A stretch of DNA of 64,000 nucleotides. Source: Eledone cirrhosa (Eukaryota). The stretch is taken from positions 62,001-126,000 of the forward strand of contig CAXHJY010001158.1 of the NCBI GenBank assembly GCA_964016885.1. The letters are read 5' to 3'. The position numbers and the translations under genes are program-made. A model generated the notes under the pieces. That model was not told where the DNA came from and did not search any database. It was given only the letters and a program-made list of their open reading frames with translations. Shown one piece after another: positions 49,743-64,000 of this stretch (its first letter is position 1; each line of letters begins with the position of its first letter).

Positions 49743-52650
49743 GACAAGGGTTCAATCATGTGCATACAGGAGTTCCCATGGACAGCCAGTAATATGTAAT
49801 AGCCTGCAGGATGATAATAAACAGAAGAGGGTTAATTACAGAGCCCTGATAGAGGGTTAATAACAGAGCCCTGATAGACTTGTTCACTCAACTCCTCACT
49901 ATAGCCATCATTACTTTTAACCTTACTGACTGCTCCTCCATACATGGCTTTTACTGCTCTCACAAGCCACTCATATACCCCTAGTTTTCTAAGTTATACA
50001 CCAGATTAGGGAAGGGGGAAGTCTCACAGAAGCTCTCTCTGGGTCAACAAATGCCAAGTAGAGGGGCTTATTTTAGCTAGGTACTACTCTTGCAGTTGCC
50101 ACACAAGGAAGAGGACATCAGTGGTACTTTTACCTGGCACAAATCCAAACTTCATCTCATCTAGGTTAACTTGGTCCCTAATCAGCTGTGTTATAAATCT
50201 AACACCTTCATGAAGTGGTCCATCTAATATCTCTATAGTTTTCTAGCTCTAGTACATCTCCTTTGCCCTTGTAGCAGTTGATGATGATGATACTACACCA
50301 TTTATTTGGTATGACACCATTTTGTATTACATGCTGTACGATACCAGTGGTTAAGATGTGACCCACCATCCCAGATACTTTCAGTATCTCAGCAACTATC
50401 ACCAATGGACAAGATACTTTCTCTGTCTTCATATCCTTAATTACCTTACTTCATATCCTTAATTACCTTACTGCTTACTTGTATGGCTGGACCCTCTGTT
50501 GGGCCCACTTTCCGTAGACTATCTTCCTCCCATGCATTCTCCTCATTCAGTAATCTTTCATAAAGGCATTTCCATGTTACAAAGGTTGGCTGAAAAGTTC
50601 ATAGACTATCAATGATAGCATGATGCTAGGCTGTGAAATCTTGCCTGCATTAATTTCAACTCTTCTTATTAATAACTGCATTGTTTCCTTCCAGGGACTA
50701 TGTTGAAAAATAAACCTCATTTGGTCATTCCATGAGTGTATCTTGGTCTGCCTATGAACTTTTCAGCTGACCCTATTCAGCATCAGTGAGCCCAAATGCC
50801 CCATTATCATCCTGGACACACTTTACCCCAACATCACAATTTGCCCTCACACACTGCCTCACAATCCTGAACATCTCATGTATTTCATCCTCACATCATA
50901 AAACCAACTGAAATTATATATTCTCTGCTTCCCTCCTTGCAAAGAATACTTCTTGCCTAGCTTCCTGTAGTGTACCCTCCAGCTGCCTCCATTCTGCCAT
51001 TATTCCATGCCTGTCTCTTGGCCTTAACTGTCTCATCTACCCTAGTGTTTCACCACCAAGATACTCTCCTCTCTGAAGCCCTGCTCCAGCCACAGATCTA
51101 GTTTGACACCTTCAGCAAAGGTTCTTTAAGGAACTCCCACTGTTCCCCTATATTGTATGTTTCTATTTGTTCTTCCTTACTGTTGTAAAGATCAAACAAA
51201 ATATCTCTAAATTTGGAACTGGCTGAGGGGTCCTTTAACTTCCATATCCTTCTCCTCCAAGTTGCCCTCAGTCTTCAAGTTCATCTAAGTCTATGAAATC
51301 ACTAACTACTGGGTTATGTTGGGAGGTGCATTCTTCCCCAGGGGGTGGGGATTGTGTGTTTACAAATGTCAATATCTCATCTTCTGGTGAGGATAAAAAT
51401 CTGACTGGCATGCTCCTCTGACCAATAGGTGTTGAAGTGGTTGTCGGGTAAACGTTAAGACCCTCTGATATACATATATATATATATACTAGCAGTGGTA
51501 CCCGGCGTTGCACGGGATAACGTATTTCGGAACGCGGGCCGCCATCTTCCACTTCAGCCGGTCGCCCTAAAGTGTTGGCTATTCAGTCTACTTGAGGCCA
51601 GTTGGTGAGGGGGGGTAAAGCTTTCAGTGTGCTACTACCCTCACGGTCAAATAGAAAGGGAGAGGAAGAAAAGTCAGCGTTAATATCGTGCTACACGTTT
51701 GAAAGGTTGGATGACCTTAGAGTTCACCAGGGTGGGGGGTTCTAAAAGTATCTATCTTGGTATTTTATCTTAGAAGTAATCATTACAGAGTGTACTGGGT
51801 GTATTTTAGTGGGCAGTAATTCCATAAAGAACACAGTATAATCTGTGGACACAAGCCTTGCAGTGTGATTACAGGCAGGTTAATGGGAAAGATAGATTAT
51901 ATATGTGACATGATGTACATGAGAAGTGAGGACACAGACCACACATGAAATAGATTCCTACAACTGTCAGGGAGGCTCCCTAGAATTACAGATGACATAT
52001 TTCAATATCTCGGTGATCAAGTTAGCAGTGGAGGAAGAATCTCTAAAAGTGTAATACCCAGGATAAGGACAGGCTGGAAGAAGTTTAGAGTACTGTTCCA
52101 TCTGTTGACAACAAAGGGCTTCTCTCTCAGAATGGAGGCTAGACTGCTTGATACTTATGTGTGGTCTGCAATCTACACCCCAGCCATGCCCCTTCCACTA
52201 CCACTCCTTAGCTATTTCTCTCCATTAATACTCCTCACATTTCAAGCAGTTTTCTCATCTCAATGAAAGAAAAATATTGGGCTCAAGAGAAGTCTTCAGT
52301 TATGCCATGGTGTGGCAACCTCCCTAGGGTTGGGCAGAGTGTAAATGAGAGTGAAATTAGGTATGAGAGGGATCATATGCAGTATACAAGAGAGTAGATT
52401 ACATTGGTATGGTCATGTGATGGGTATAAAGGATGACAGCTGTATAAAAATGTGCTGGGCAATCAAAGTTGATGGAAGTTATGAAGGCGGAAGACCCAGG
52501 ATGACCTGGGATGAGGTGATAAAAGATGACTTTGCACAATTGCAACTCTCAAAGACAATGACACAGGATAGAGATCTTGAGATGTATGCAGCAATACAGA
52601 AGGCCTGCTTTCCAATGTGCACGGACTCAAACATACATCTAGTAGGCCCC
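49743..52650. mobile_element. Decayed RTE fragments, mariner-like MITE (~50580-50776) and HINE-like end (51488), copy B
   Basis: Duplicate of 13350-16260. Confidence 0.8.
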
Positions 52651-53699
52651 TCCTAACCACTATACTCCTTTCCAAACTCCCACACTCCCACTTCTGTACA
52701 CACCACCTTTAGACTGTAAAGTGGTAGTGTACAAGTCACAACAAAAGCACCCAGTCCACTCTGTAAAGTTGATGTGTTGGTGTCATAACAAAAGGCACTC
52801 AGTCCACTCTGTAAAGAGGTTGTGTAAGTGTCACAACAAAGACATCTAGTCCACACTGTAAAGTGGTCATGTAGGTGTCACAACAAAAAGTACCAGTCAT
52901 TATTGTAAAGTGGTTGTATAGGTGTCATAACAAAAAGCACCCAGTCGACACTGTAAAGTGGTTGTGTAGGTGTCATAACAAAAAGCACCCAGTCGACACT
53001 GTAAAGTGGTTGTGTAGGTGTCAGAACCAAAAGCACCCAGTCCACACTGTAAAGTGGTTGTGTAGGTGTCATGACAAAAAGCACCTAGTCCACACTGTAA
53101 AGTGGTCATGCAGGTGTCATGACAAAAAGCACCCAGTCCTCACTGTAAAGTGGTCATGTAGGTGTCATGTCAAAAAGCACCCAGTCCACCCTGTAAAGTG
53201 GTTGTGTAGGTGTCATGATAAAAAGCACCCAGTCCACACAGTAAAGTGGTCATGTAGGTGTCACTAAAAAAGCACCCAGTCTACTCTGTAAAGTGGTCAT
53301 GTAGGTGTCATGACAAATAGCACCCAGTCCACCCTGTAAAGTGTTCATGTAGGTGTCATGATGGAGAGTAACCAGTCCACAATGTAAAGTAGCCATGTAG
53401 CTGTCACAACAAAGCACCCAGTCCACACTGTAAAGTGGTCATGTAGGTGTCATTTCAAAAAGCACCCAGGTCCATGGCTTGGCCTGCTAACCGACGCTAT
53501 ACCCAAGTCGGTCGCCATGCTTTCCAGCATAGAGTTACGTCTCTTTATGGTCTGAGTTCAAATCACGCCGAGGTTAACTTTGCCTTTCATCCTTACGGGG
53601 TCGATAAAATAAAGCACCAGTAATGTACTGGGGTCGATTTAATCGACTTTCCCCTCCTCTGCCAAATGACACACACATGCATGGTTCGGGGGAACCTAC

Positions 53700-53747
<48 letters not shown>

Positions 53748-54626
53748 GTAGGTCACTGGTTGAGTCGGTATTAACCACAGTAACTAAGGTACTCAATACA
53801 TATTAGATATAGGTGTCTTTCTAATTGCTGGCCTTGTTCATAAGGTATACACAAGTATGATGTGTGTCTGTTTAACTGTACGTGTGAAAACATCGCGAAA
53901 TTGCGCCTTTTAATATTTGAATATAAACAGTTAAAAAATAATTATTTTAGTAATTTTTAAATATCGATAATGTGTATATAAATATTAGAAATCAATTTAA
54001 TTAGTTCAGTAACATTACTCGGAGTTAAGATAAACCTTCATTTGAAGAAATTCGAGATTTGACCAAATAAATAGATTATGTGATCAATAAAAAAAATATG
54101 TATACGCGCTTGAACGACGGGTTGCAGACAGTCAGGCATACAGACACATATTTTAAAGCGTGCGACGTTAAAAGTGTTACTCTCTCTCTTTTTAGATAGA
54201 TAGACTTAATTAAAGCAGTTTCACTCTCTCTATATTTCATCAGCTCTCTCTCTCTTAAATTGAAAGATTCATTAAGGCTGAAATAATCTAAACAGTAACA
54301 TCATTTTTCGCCAGCTCTAGCTTGCGTCCAGAGATATACACACACATATATATATATTTTTTTTGTTATCGAGTTGAGCTTTGCCAAGCATAGAATTCCA
54401 AATTTGACCATCTCCACTGAAAATGTTCGTGAAATAGTCTTTAAGAAGCAATTTAATTTTTTCCAACTGAAACTGTAAGTATTTTAAAATTTATTTCAAC
54501 ATGGTCTTAAAAGATTGTTGGCTTTTTTTAAATTCATAACTATTTACTATGAAATATAAATTATTAAATCCAATTTATTTGATAACCATGATTTGATTTT
54601 ATAATTACCTGAATCACGTTAACATG

Positions 54627-54667
<41 letters not shown>

Positions 54668-54925
54668 GTGTGTGTATATATATATATATATAATAATTGT
54701 TTCTACGTTACGCAGTGTATTACTGGTACTGTATTTTACGATATTAAATATTAAATATTAACTATTAGATATTAAATATTAAATATTAGATATTAGATAT
54801 TAAATATTAAATATTAAATATGATATCCCTGAAATATATATAATGAAATAAATATGGTTTTATAAATGTAATTTCCATTTGTTTAATATCAAATATATAT
54901 ATATATATATATGTATTTATGTATA

Positions 54926-54963
<38 letters not shown>

Positions 54964-55188
54964 GCAGACACAGACACAGAATATCGTATATATCACACAC
55001 ACACAATTAAGACTTGACGTGTTGCAGACAGCCAGACATACAGAGAGATATTTTAAAGCGTGCGACCTTAAATGCCTTACTCTTTCTCTTATCAAAAGAG
55101 AAAGAGTAATGCTAACACTTACGTCTACTTCACGCTCTCTTGAACCGTTACAGAAATTGCATCACATCTAATTATAACTTTGTACGTT

Positions 55189-55269
<81 letters not shown>

Positions 55270-55275
55270 GCACAC

Positions 55276-55306
<31 letters not shown>

Positions 55307-55309
55307 CAC

Positions 55310-55369
<60 letters not shown>

Positions 55370-55436
55370 GTGTGTGTGTGTATATATATACACACACACG
55401 TGTATATATATATATATATATACACACACACGTGTG

Positions 55437-55469
<33 letters not shown>

Positions 55470-55830
55470 GTGTGTGTATATATATATATATCTGTCTCTC
55501 TCCCTGTCTCTCACTCTGCCTCTATCCCCCCTCTCTCTCTCTGTCTCTCCCCCCCCCTCTCTCTCTCTCTAGTAGTAGAGAGAGAGAGAGATATAAACGT
55601 ATAACCCTAAACCTAACCCATCTCTCTCACTCTCTCTCTCCCCCTCTCTCTCTCTTCTCTCTCTCACTCTCCCTCTACCCCTCCCTCTCTCTATTTCTCT
55701 CTCTCTCCAGTAGTAGAGAGAGACAAAGAGAGAGAGAGATATAAACGTATAACCCTAACCAAACCCTAACCCAACTCTAACCCAACCCTAACCCTAACCC
55801 CAACCCTAACTCTAACCTAACCCTAACCCA

Positions 55831-55861
<31 letters not shown>

Positions 55862-58153
55862 ACCCCCTCTCTCTCTCTCTAGTAGTAGAGAGAGAGACAA
55901 AGAGAGAGAGAGAGATATAAACGTATAACCCTAACCCATCTCTCTCTCTCTATTTCTCCCCCCCTCTCTCTCTCTCTAGTAGTAGAGAGAGAGAGAGATA
56001 TAAACGTATAACCCTAACCCAACCCTAACCTCTCTCTCTCCCCCCTCTCTCTCTCTATTCCCCCCCTCTCTCTCTCTCTCTAGTAGTAGAGAGAGAGACA
56101 GAGAGAGAGAGAGAGATAGATATAAACGTATAACCCTAACCCAACCCTAACCCATCTCTCTCTCTCTCTCTCTCTCTCTTTGTTTTTAACATTGTTTTGT
56201 TTTTCTTTTCTTTTCTTATTCAGATGACAAACGGCAGAGGATACAACAGAAGAAAAGAACAAAGATAATTATTATTATTATTACTATTATTATTTGTTTT
56301 ATTATAATCAAAATATGCTGTTAGTTAGATCTGCATTGCGTACATTTTATATAATTTATGCCAGTTCCTTTTCTGCATATCGAACATGGCCATTTCCCTG
56401 ACGGAATAGAGTTTTGTCCTCTTTCGTGACACAAAGTACAGCCAGCGGCATCATTGCGGACAGACTTAATCCCGAATTGCACTGACACACTGCCTCGCAA
56501 TACGGAACACCGCACGTCTTTGATCTTCTTCCCGTCGATCAGCCTCCTTGCCATGCTAAGTACACCTGACGTCTAGCTTCTCTCTTAGCGGCGGCTTTAT
56601 ATTCTTCTCTACTCCCACTAATTTTCCAAGCATTCCATGCTAGCCTTTAGTCTCCAATGGCCCGATCTACCGTGCTGTCCCACCACCATGTCACTCTCTG
56701 TCTGGTTGGAACTCTGATCCAGCCACAAGTTTAATCAGTAGCCTGCAATAAGTTGTCACATAAGAAAATCGAGTTCTCATGTATGTCATACGACTGTGAA
56801 TCGTCTTCTTTTTCGTCATACACATATTGAAGGGCTTTCCTAAATTTCTATTTTAGTGAAATCTCTTTTAGCTTCCAGACCTTTCTTTTTTCCACATCTT
56901 CCTGTATGTCTCAATCATACCTGGAGCTGTCCAACATGACCATTGAAATCCCCTGCTAGCATAACGATGTCTCCGTCCTGTCATTGTGGCTGTTTGTAAA
57001 AATTGCTTGTAAATGAAGTCTTTCTTTTCTTTACCTAGCAGAAGCAATTAACACTAACCCAACTGTAACACTAACCCTAACACTAACTTATGCAGGCCTA
57101 GGTAAAGACAAGAAAGATAAAACAAGGAGTGATGCTTCTTGAATTTTGTGATGCAAGTGTTTTAACCATTTGCAAAACCAACTTCCACAAACCTGCCTCA
57201 CTGCCGCCTAATAACCTACAAATCAGGCAAGCACAGAAGCCGGATTTCTCGGTAGTTAGGCAGCGAGACAGACAGATGGGGTGTGAAGTACCAGGGTGTG
57301 CCCCGGGGAGGAATGTTTCCCACAGCGTGGGTTGGTTGTTGGTGATGTCTCGGTTATCTTGAGACGGAGTGAGACGTGCAGGAATACTCTCACGGAATCG
57401 CCAAATGAGGTTTATTTTTCAACATAGTCCCTGGAATGAAACAATGTGGTTATTAAGAAGAATTGAAATTAATGTAAGATTTCACAGATCTATGATCAAT
57501 CCTTCACAGTCAGCTTACAAAGTTTTCAGCCAAACCTTGTGTATTTCCAACATTTCAAACCCTATCTAGGACTACATTATCTAATGTACAGTACAGTAGT
57601 TAGTATTAGTGGCTATCAGACATAGTGTATCTAAATGCAACATTTTTAACATTGTTTTTTTTTTCTTTTCTTTTCTTTTCTTATTCAGATGACAGACGGC
57701 AGAGGATACAATAGAAGAAAAGAACAATGATAATTATTATTATTATTATTGTTGTTATTCCTTGAATCTCAGTCATTGATGTTGGTTAACTGGAAAGTCC
57801 GTTGGAATGAATATCAAGCCACTACCTGCAGCCTCAGATATTCAGGACGTATCGGAGGGTTCTTGCTGTTCCAAGCAAGCATGCCTTTTGAAGCGTTCCA
57901 AAAAGCGTGAAGGGGCCGATTTTCTTTAACCATCCCTGGAAACTTTTGGAGATGGACAAAAAACTGGAACACAATAGACCTGACCTGGTGGTTGTGGACA
58001 AAGAAAAAAGATCGTGTCTGATTGTGGATGTGGCCTGCCCGTTCAACACGAGAGTGCAAGAGAAGGAGAGGGAGAAAATTAACCGATACCAGGACCTAAA
58101 GTGGGAGGTGAAAAGGATTTGGAACTTCCATGAAGTCAAAGTGATCCCGATTG

Positions 58154-58197
<44 letters not shown>

Positions 58198-59709
58198 TAT
58201 TATTTGTTTTATTATAATCAAAATATGCTGTTAGTTAGATCTGCATTGTGTACATTTTATATAATTTATGCCAGTTCCTTTTCTACATATCGAACATGGC
58301 CATTTCCCTGACGGAATAGAGTTTTGTCCTCTTTTCTACTCATCAACACTCATTCGTGACACAAAGTACAGCCAGCGGCATCATTGCGGACAGACTTAAT
58401 CCTGATTTGCACTGACACACTGCCTCGCAATACGGAACACCGCACGTCTTTGATCTTCTTCCCGTCGATCAGCCTCCTTGCCATGCAAAGTACACCTGAC
58501 GTCTAGCTTCTCTCTTAGCGGCGGCGGCTGTATATTCTTCTCTACTCCCACTAATTTTCCAAGCATTCCATGCTAGTCTTTAGTCTCCAATGGCCCGATC
58601 TACAGTTTCTGTCTCAACTCGTCTATGCTTGGTCGTTCCCGCACATTGACATTGCACATCCAACGGAGCATGCTTGCTTCATTTCTCTCCAGCCGTCGCA
58701 TGTCCTCTGCAGTTGCTGCCCGTGTCTCACTACCATGCAGCATCGCGCATCTAAACCTGGCCCTTACCCTAACCCCAACCTCTTTGGTTTTCGTTTTCTC
58801 GACGGCTAGCCGCATTTCGTGATCCGCCTTTCGATTGCGCTTCCGTCGCGGCAAAAGAATTGCCTTTCCAGACCGCCGTCGCCCGACCGGACCCATGATA
58901 GAAGACGTTCGTTACCGTTGGAGCAACGCAAATTACTCCTCGGTTGACGCCAAAAACGAACGCCTTCCCGCCTCGCGCCGCCTTCTCCTCGCCGACCCTC
59001 GGCCTCGACGATTAGCCACTTTCCGTCACAGCAGTAGATACGCGTCCGTCGTAATAGCCGTCATTTTAACGCAGGAGAAACGCCTAATTGCCCTGCACCG
59101 CGTTTGACGGCGATCTACGACGGCGACGATGCGCGCACTCTTCCTTGCTGCGACGAAGGTTTCGGCTTTTCGTCGTGGACCCGGTCAGGTCATGCCGCTG
59201 ACCTCGCGTTACGGCGACGCGAGAAGACGTTCGTTACCGCTGGAGCAACGCAAATTACTCCTCGGTTGACGCCAAAAACGAACGCCTCGCGCCGCCGCTT
59301 CCTCCTCGGCCTCGACGATTAGCCGCTTTCCGTCACAGCAGTAGATACGCGTCCATCGTAATAGCCGTCATTTTAACGCAGGAGAAACGCCTTGACGACG
59401 ATATACGACGGGTCGACGACGCGCGCACTCTTTCTGCTGCGACGAAGGTTTTGGCTTTTCGTTGTGGACCCGGTCGGGTCATGCCTCTGACCTCGCGTTG
59501 CGTCGCCACCGCCGCGGCGGGCTTGGGTTTAGCCGTAGCTACCCTCGTTTTGCCAACGGCGACGCGAGAAGACGTTCGTTACCGCTGGAGCAACGCAAAT
59601 TACTCCTCGGATGAGGCCAAAAACGAACGCTGAAGAGATATTGTCCATGGATATCGGGAATTTTACCCGCCCTAGATAGATAGATAGATAGGGATGTATG
59701 TATGTATGT

Positions 59710-59753
<44 letters not shown>

Positions 59754-60132
59754 GTATGTATCTTTCTCATTCTCTCTGTATGTATGTATGTATGTATATA
59801 TATATAATTATATATTTATAGACATCCTGAAAGCTTTTTAAATGTCTGAGAGATTGGCTAAATATGTTTTGCAGGTATGACCAGTAAGAGAGAGGTAAGT
59901 TATTTCAAAACAATTCTTTGACCATTATTTTAAGGTACTATCTCAGTGTATTTTTAAATTGACCTCTTGATAGGATGAAATGACCTGTATAATTTTTTTC
60001 ATATTTAGATGGAATAGAAGAAAAACAAGAAAAATGAAATGAATTCAAACAGAAAATATACACCAATGCCAATGGAGGTATGATTTCAGTTTAATCTTAA
60101 CCTAATGACCACTTTACAGAGTGTACTGGATA

Positions 60133-60217
<85 letters not shown>

Positions 60218-63200
60218 AGGAAGCTCCAACCGTTAAGGTTGTCTTTCCATTTATTAATATATTGTGTATTTACTCCACTAAACTGTTGAGTGCTTTATAT
60301 CAGTTATAAAAAAATTTCAGCTTGTTGAATCCCAAAATAGTTGTTGAAACAGCCACAGCTCAGCCGTCGGGGTCCTGAATATTTATCATATATATATACG
60401 TATGAGTGTGTGTGTTTTGAGAATTAATAATTATATAAACAAGTTTGTAATGAACAATTTATTTCTTATCAAAACTGTATAAACATGATATTATTTACAG
60501 TAAGAATAACAATAATAATGATGGTTTCTAGTAAAGGTGGAAGGCCAGTAATTTGGGGGAGGGGAAAGTTGATTAAATCGAAGAGAGAAAGAAAGAAAAA
60601 ACAGAACGGGAAGGAGAGGGGATGGCAAGAGGTCCGGTGTCGCAGGAGAGAGGGGAGGGTGGTTGAGCTTTGAGTCTAGGGCAAGAGGGCAGAAATGCTG
60701 CGCCCCACGGATAAGACGGCAAAAATATTCTCGCGGACGATGGCCAGAGATACCCAATGCAACAACCACCCAACCTCGCGGTGTTCCCTCCTCAGATGGG
60801 CTGCTGACTCTCCGATCTTTTGGAGGAGCTCGGCAGTACAAGGTCCAAGTACTCCTGGGGTCTCGACGTTGACTGGTGCAGAGAGGAAGTGGCCGGACAA
60901 TCCTCGGTATTTGTTTATTTTACGTTCTTCTGCGAGGTGGGCTGCGATGCCGGGGTTTGTGACCGAAACGACTTGGAAACGAAGTTGTAGGCGGAGATTG
61001 TGTCGTAGCTGGTGGTGTCCCAGATGAGGGACCTACGTCCTTCGAATGGGAAGAGAGTGATTCCGTCGGGGCGCTTGCCATCTCCGGGACCTGTTGGCCC
61101 CAGTTGTGATGGGAAGCCAGCTGCGTCCAGGCTTCTTCTCAATATGTCGTTGACAACGACGTGTATCTATTCAATAATTATTTGAATATTGAAATTTTAG
61201 GTTTAACTACCTTTTAAACCAAATACATTAAGAAAGGCATGACCAACACCACATCATTTTTATTTCTATTTTGAAAGTAGGTTTATAAGTATTAAATTTC
61301 AGTAGATTCTTATATCCTTCATGGTGGTCTGGTGGGAGATACGAGAGATGGTGGAGGTTCTGGTCTGGGGTTCAATCCTGCTCAGGAGATACTCTAAGGG
61401 GGTTCATACTAAACTTCTTCAGTGTTTCTTATCTCTAGAGACAAATATATATACATAAGGTAATCTGGTAAAGTTGTTAGAACATCACATAGAATTCTTT
61501 GTAGTATTTTTTCCAGTTCTTCAATCTGAGTTCAACTTTACTTTTCTTCCATTCGGGGTTGATAATAACGTACCAGTCAAATACTAGGGGTTAATTCTTC
61601 CTCTATATCTCTTTCTCACTCTCTGTCTGTTTTATTAAGACCTGGAGAGGTGATGTACTCTACCAGGTTTTATAATGAGTGATGGGGTCATACCTGCCTG
61701 CTACACCTCTGTGTACTAAGTGTAGCATATTATATCCTTGTTCAGGGCCTTCCTGACATTACTGTGTACTAAGGGTAGCATTTTATATCCTTGTTCAGGG
61801 CCATCTTAACATTGCTGTGTACTAAGTGTAGCATATTATATCCTTGTTCGGGGCCTTCCTGACATTAGTGTGTACTGAGTGTAGATTTTAACATCCTTGT
61901 TCTGGGCCTTCCTAACATTACTGTGTACTGAGTGTAGATTTTAACATCTTTGTTCAGAGCCTTCCTTACATTACTGTGTACTAAGTGTAGCATTTCATAT
62001 ACTTGTTCTGGGCCTTCCTAACGTTACTGTGGAAATAGTAGTTTATATCCAATATGTAATATAGATATGGATTCTACAGGACTAAAACTCATTAATATGA
62101 GGGGTATTAGTAGATTATATGCCATATTTAATAGAGAAATGGCTTCTACAAGACTAAAACTCATTAATATGAGGGGTATTACAGTTTATATGCCATATTT
62201 AATACAGAAATGGCTTCTAAAGGACTAGAACTCTTTAAATTGAATAAAATAGTAGTATATATCCTATGTTTAATACAGAAATGCCTTCTAAAGGACTCAT
62301 TAATATGAGGGTATTAGTAGATTATATAACATATTTAATACAGAAATGGCTTTTAAATTCAGGGACTCGTTAATTTGATGGAAATAGTAGTGTCTATGCA
62401 ATATTTAATACAGAAATAGCTTCTACAGGACTAAAACTAATTAATATGAGGGGTATTAGTAGTATATGTGCCATATTTAATACAGAGATGGCTTCTAAAT
62501 GGAGGTATCTCATTAATTCGATTGAAATGGTAGTGTATATGCAATATTTAATACAGAAATAGCTTCTACAAGAATAAAACTCATTAATATGAAGGTTATT
62601 ATTACATTATATGCCATATTTAATACAGAAATCGGTTCTAAAGGACTAGAACTCTTTAATTCAAATCAAATAGTAGTATAAAGCAATATTTACTACAGAA
62701 ATGGCTTCTACAAGACTAAAAATCCTTAATATGAGGGGTATTGTTAGATTATATACCATATTTAATACAGAAATGGCTTCTAAATGAAGAAATCTCTTTA
62801 ATTCGATAGTAATAGTAATAATAATAATAGTAATAGTAATAATACAGCCAATTTTCCACGCAATACTTTTAGTTAGCACCCCGAACGCATAATTGGGAAT
62901 ATAATCACTTATTTCCTAATGTTTGTTGAGTGAGTTGGGAAAAAAAACTTGGGAAATATATTTTCAGGGTCTCAAAATCTTAAAGAGAAAAAAAAGTCCT
63001 GTGGAAGGTAGCAAAACAATTAGGAAGAAAATGGTTTGAAGTTGGTTGGTGAGTATAAGATTACAGTATCTTGTTGATTTCTATAAAGTTTACTTTTAAC
63101 TGAATTGGTAAAAATGGATAAATTAGAAGACACAATATAATAACTAATATTGTCTTCTAAAACAGGGAATAAAAATATGTTGGTGTATTGGGGGGGGGGG

Positions 63201-63465
63201 GGGGGGTAAACATGTGAGTTAATGGGAATGTTTTTGTTTGTTTTTATTGAAACATATTCAATCTACAGATAGGTTGTTATAGTTATTTAGTCTCGGGTCT
63301 GCCATTATCTGCAGATTTATAATTGAGGGGTGTTCCAGGTGTGACCACCCTACATTATTCCTAGAGATTGTTACTCCTTCATTCTTCAGTCATCTTGGTC
63401 TTCTTATGAGATGGTGGTGTAGTCTTATTTATTGTTAAGGTTATGGTCTTCCTTTGTCCACACTC

Positions 63466-63507
<42 letters not shown>

Positions 63508-64000
63508 AAAGGCTTCCTTCTCTGGAAAAAAATGATTTAATATTCACAACCATCTGTCTAATTGTTTTCTGATGAGAATAAAGTTAATCTTGCTTGTATG
63601 TCTACCTGATCAAATGACTGGCTGATATCTTGAAGTCATTTACACCACAGAACTGTAGGAGTCTTGATCCCTCAAGCCATACCTCTAGCCATCATGTACT
63701 CCAAAAGAGTCTCACCTTGGTGCTACTCAACATGTCCATTAAATTTAGCAGCAAGGATGCCCTCTTCTTAGTGAGAGACAACTACAAGAGAGGTTCTTAG
63801 AGAAGAATAAGCCACTATAGTTAACTTTTGTTGACATAGAGAACCCCGATCTGTCATCTGGTGGTCCTTAAGGAAACTAGGTGTAGGGGAATGGCTTGTG
63901 AGGACAGTGCAAGCTATGTACAAGGGTGCTGTCAGTAAAGTGAGAGGAGGAATTCCAGAAACAAAGTAGGTGTACATCAGGGTTCGGTCCTCAGTCCGCT

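Larger units (their letters stand above)
32860..64000 (+). repeat. Macro-repeat copy B (3' part outside the window)
   Basis: Colinear, near-identical to copy A; the window ends in sequence matching ~31185. Confidence 0.95.

Overview
Eukaryotic, repeat-dominated DNA with no host protein-coding gene. The SINE, RTE and microsatellite content suggests a mollusc, most likely an octopus (inference). The window holds two near-identical copies of a ~33-37 kb tandem macro-repeat: copy A at 1-~32859 (starts outside the window) and copy B at ~32860-64000 (ends outside). The unit begins with an rDNA-like cassette, seen complete in copy B: interstitial (CCCTAA)n, 172-bp IGS-like subrepeats, an ETS-like leader and the 5' ~185 nt of 18S. 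The rRNA core is replaced by a 6.7-kb satellite of stitched 18S and 28S fragments, followed by a degenerate 28S 3' end. Next come a 4.6-5.3 kb satellite of large palindromes and a tract of decayed LINEs, SINEs, MITEs and minisatellites. Copy A alone has a young CR1-type LINE whose intact ORF2 lacks an ATG start and is preceded by a G_GGA_AAC -1 frameshift motif at the ORF1 stop.
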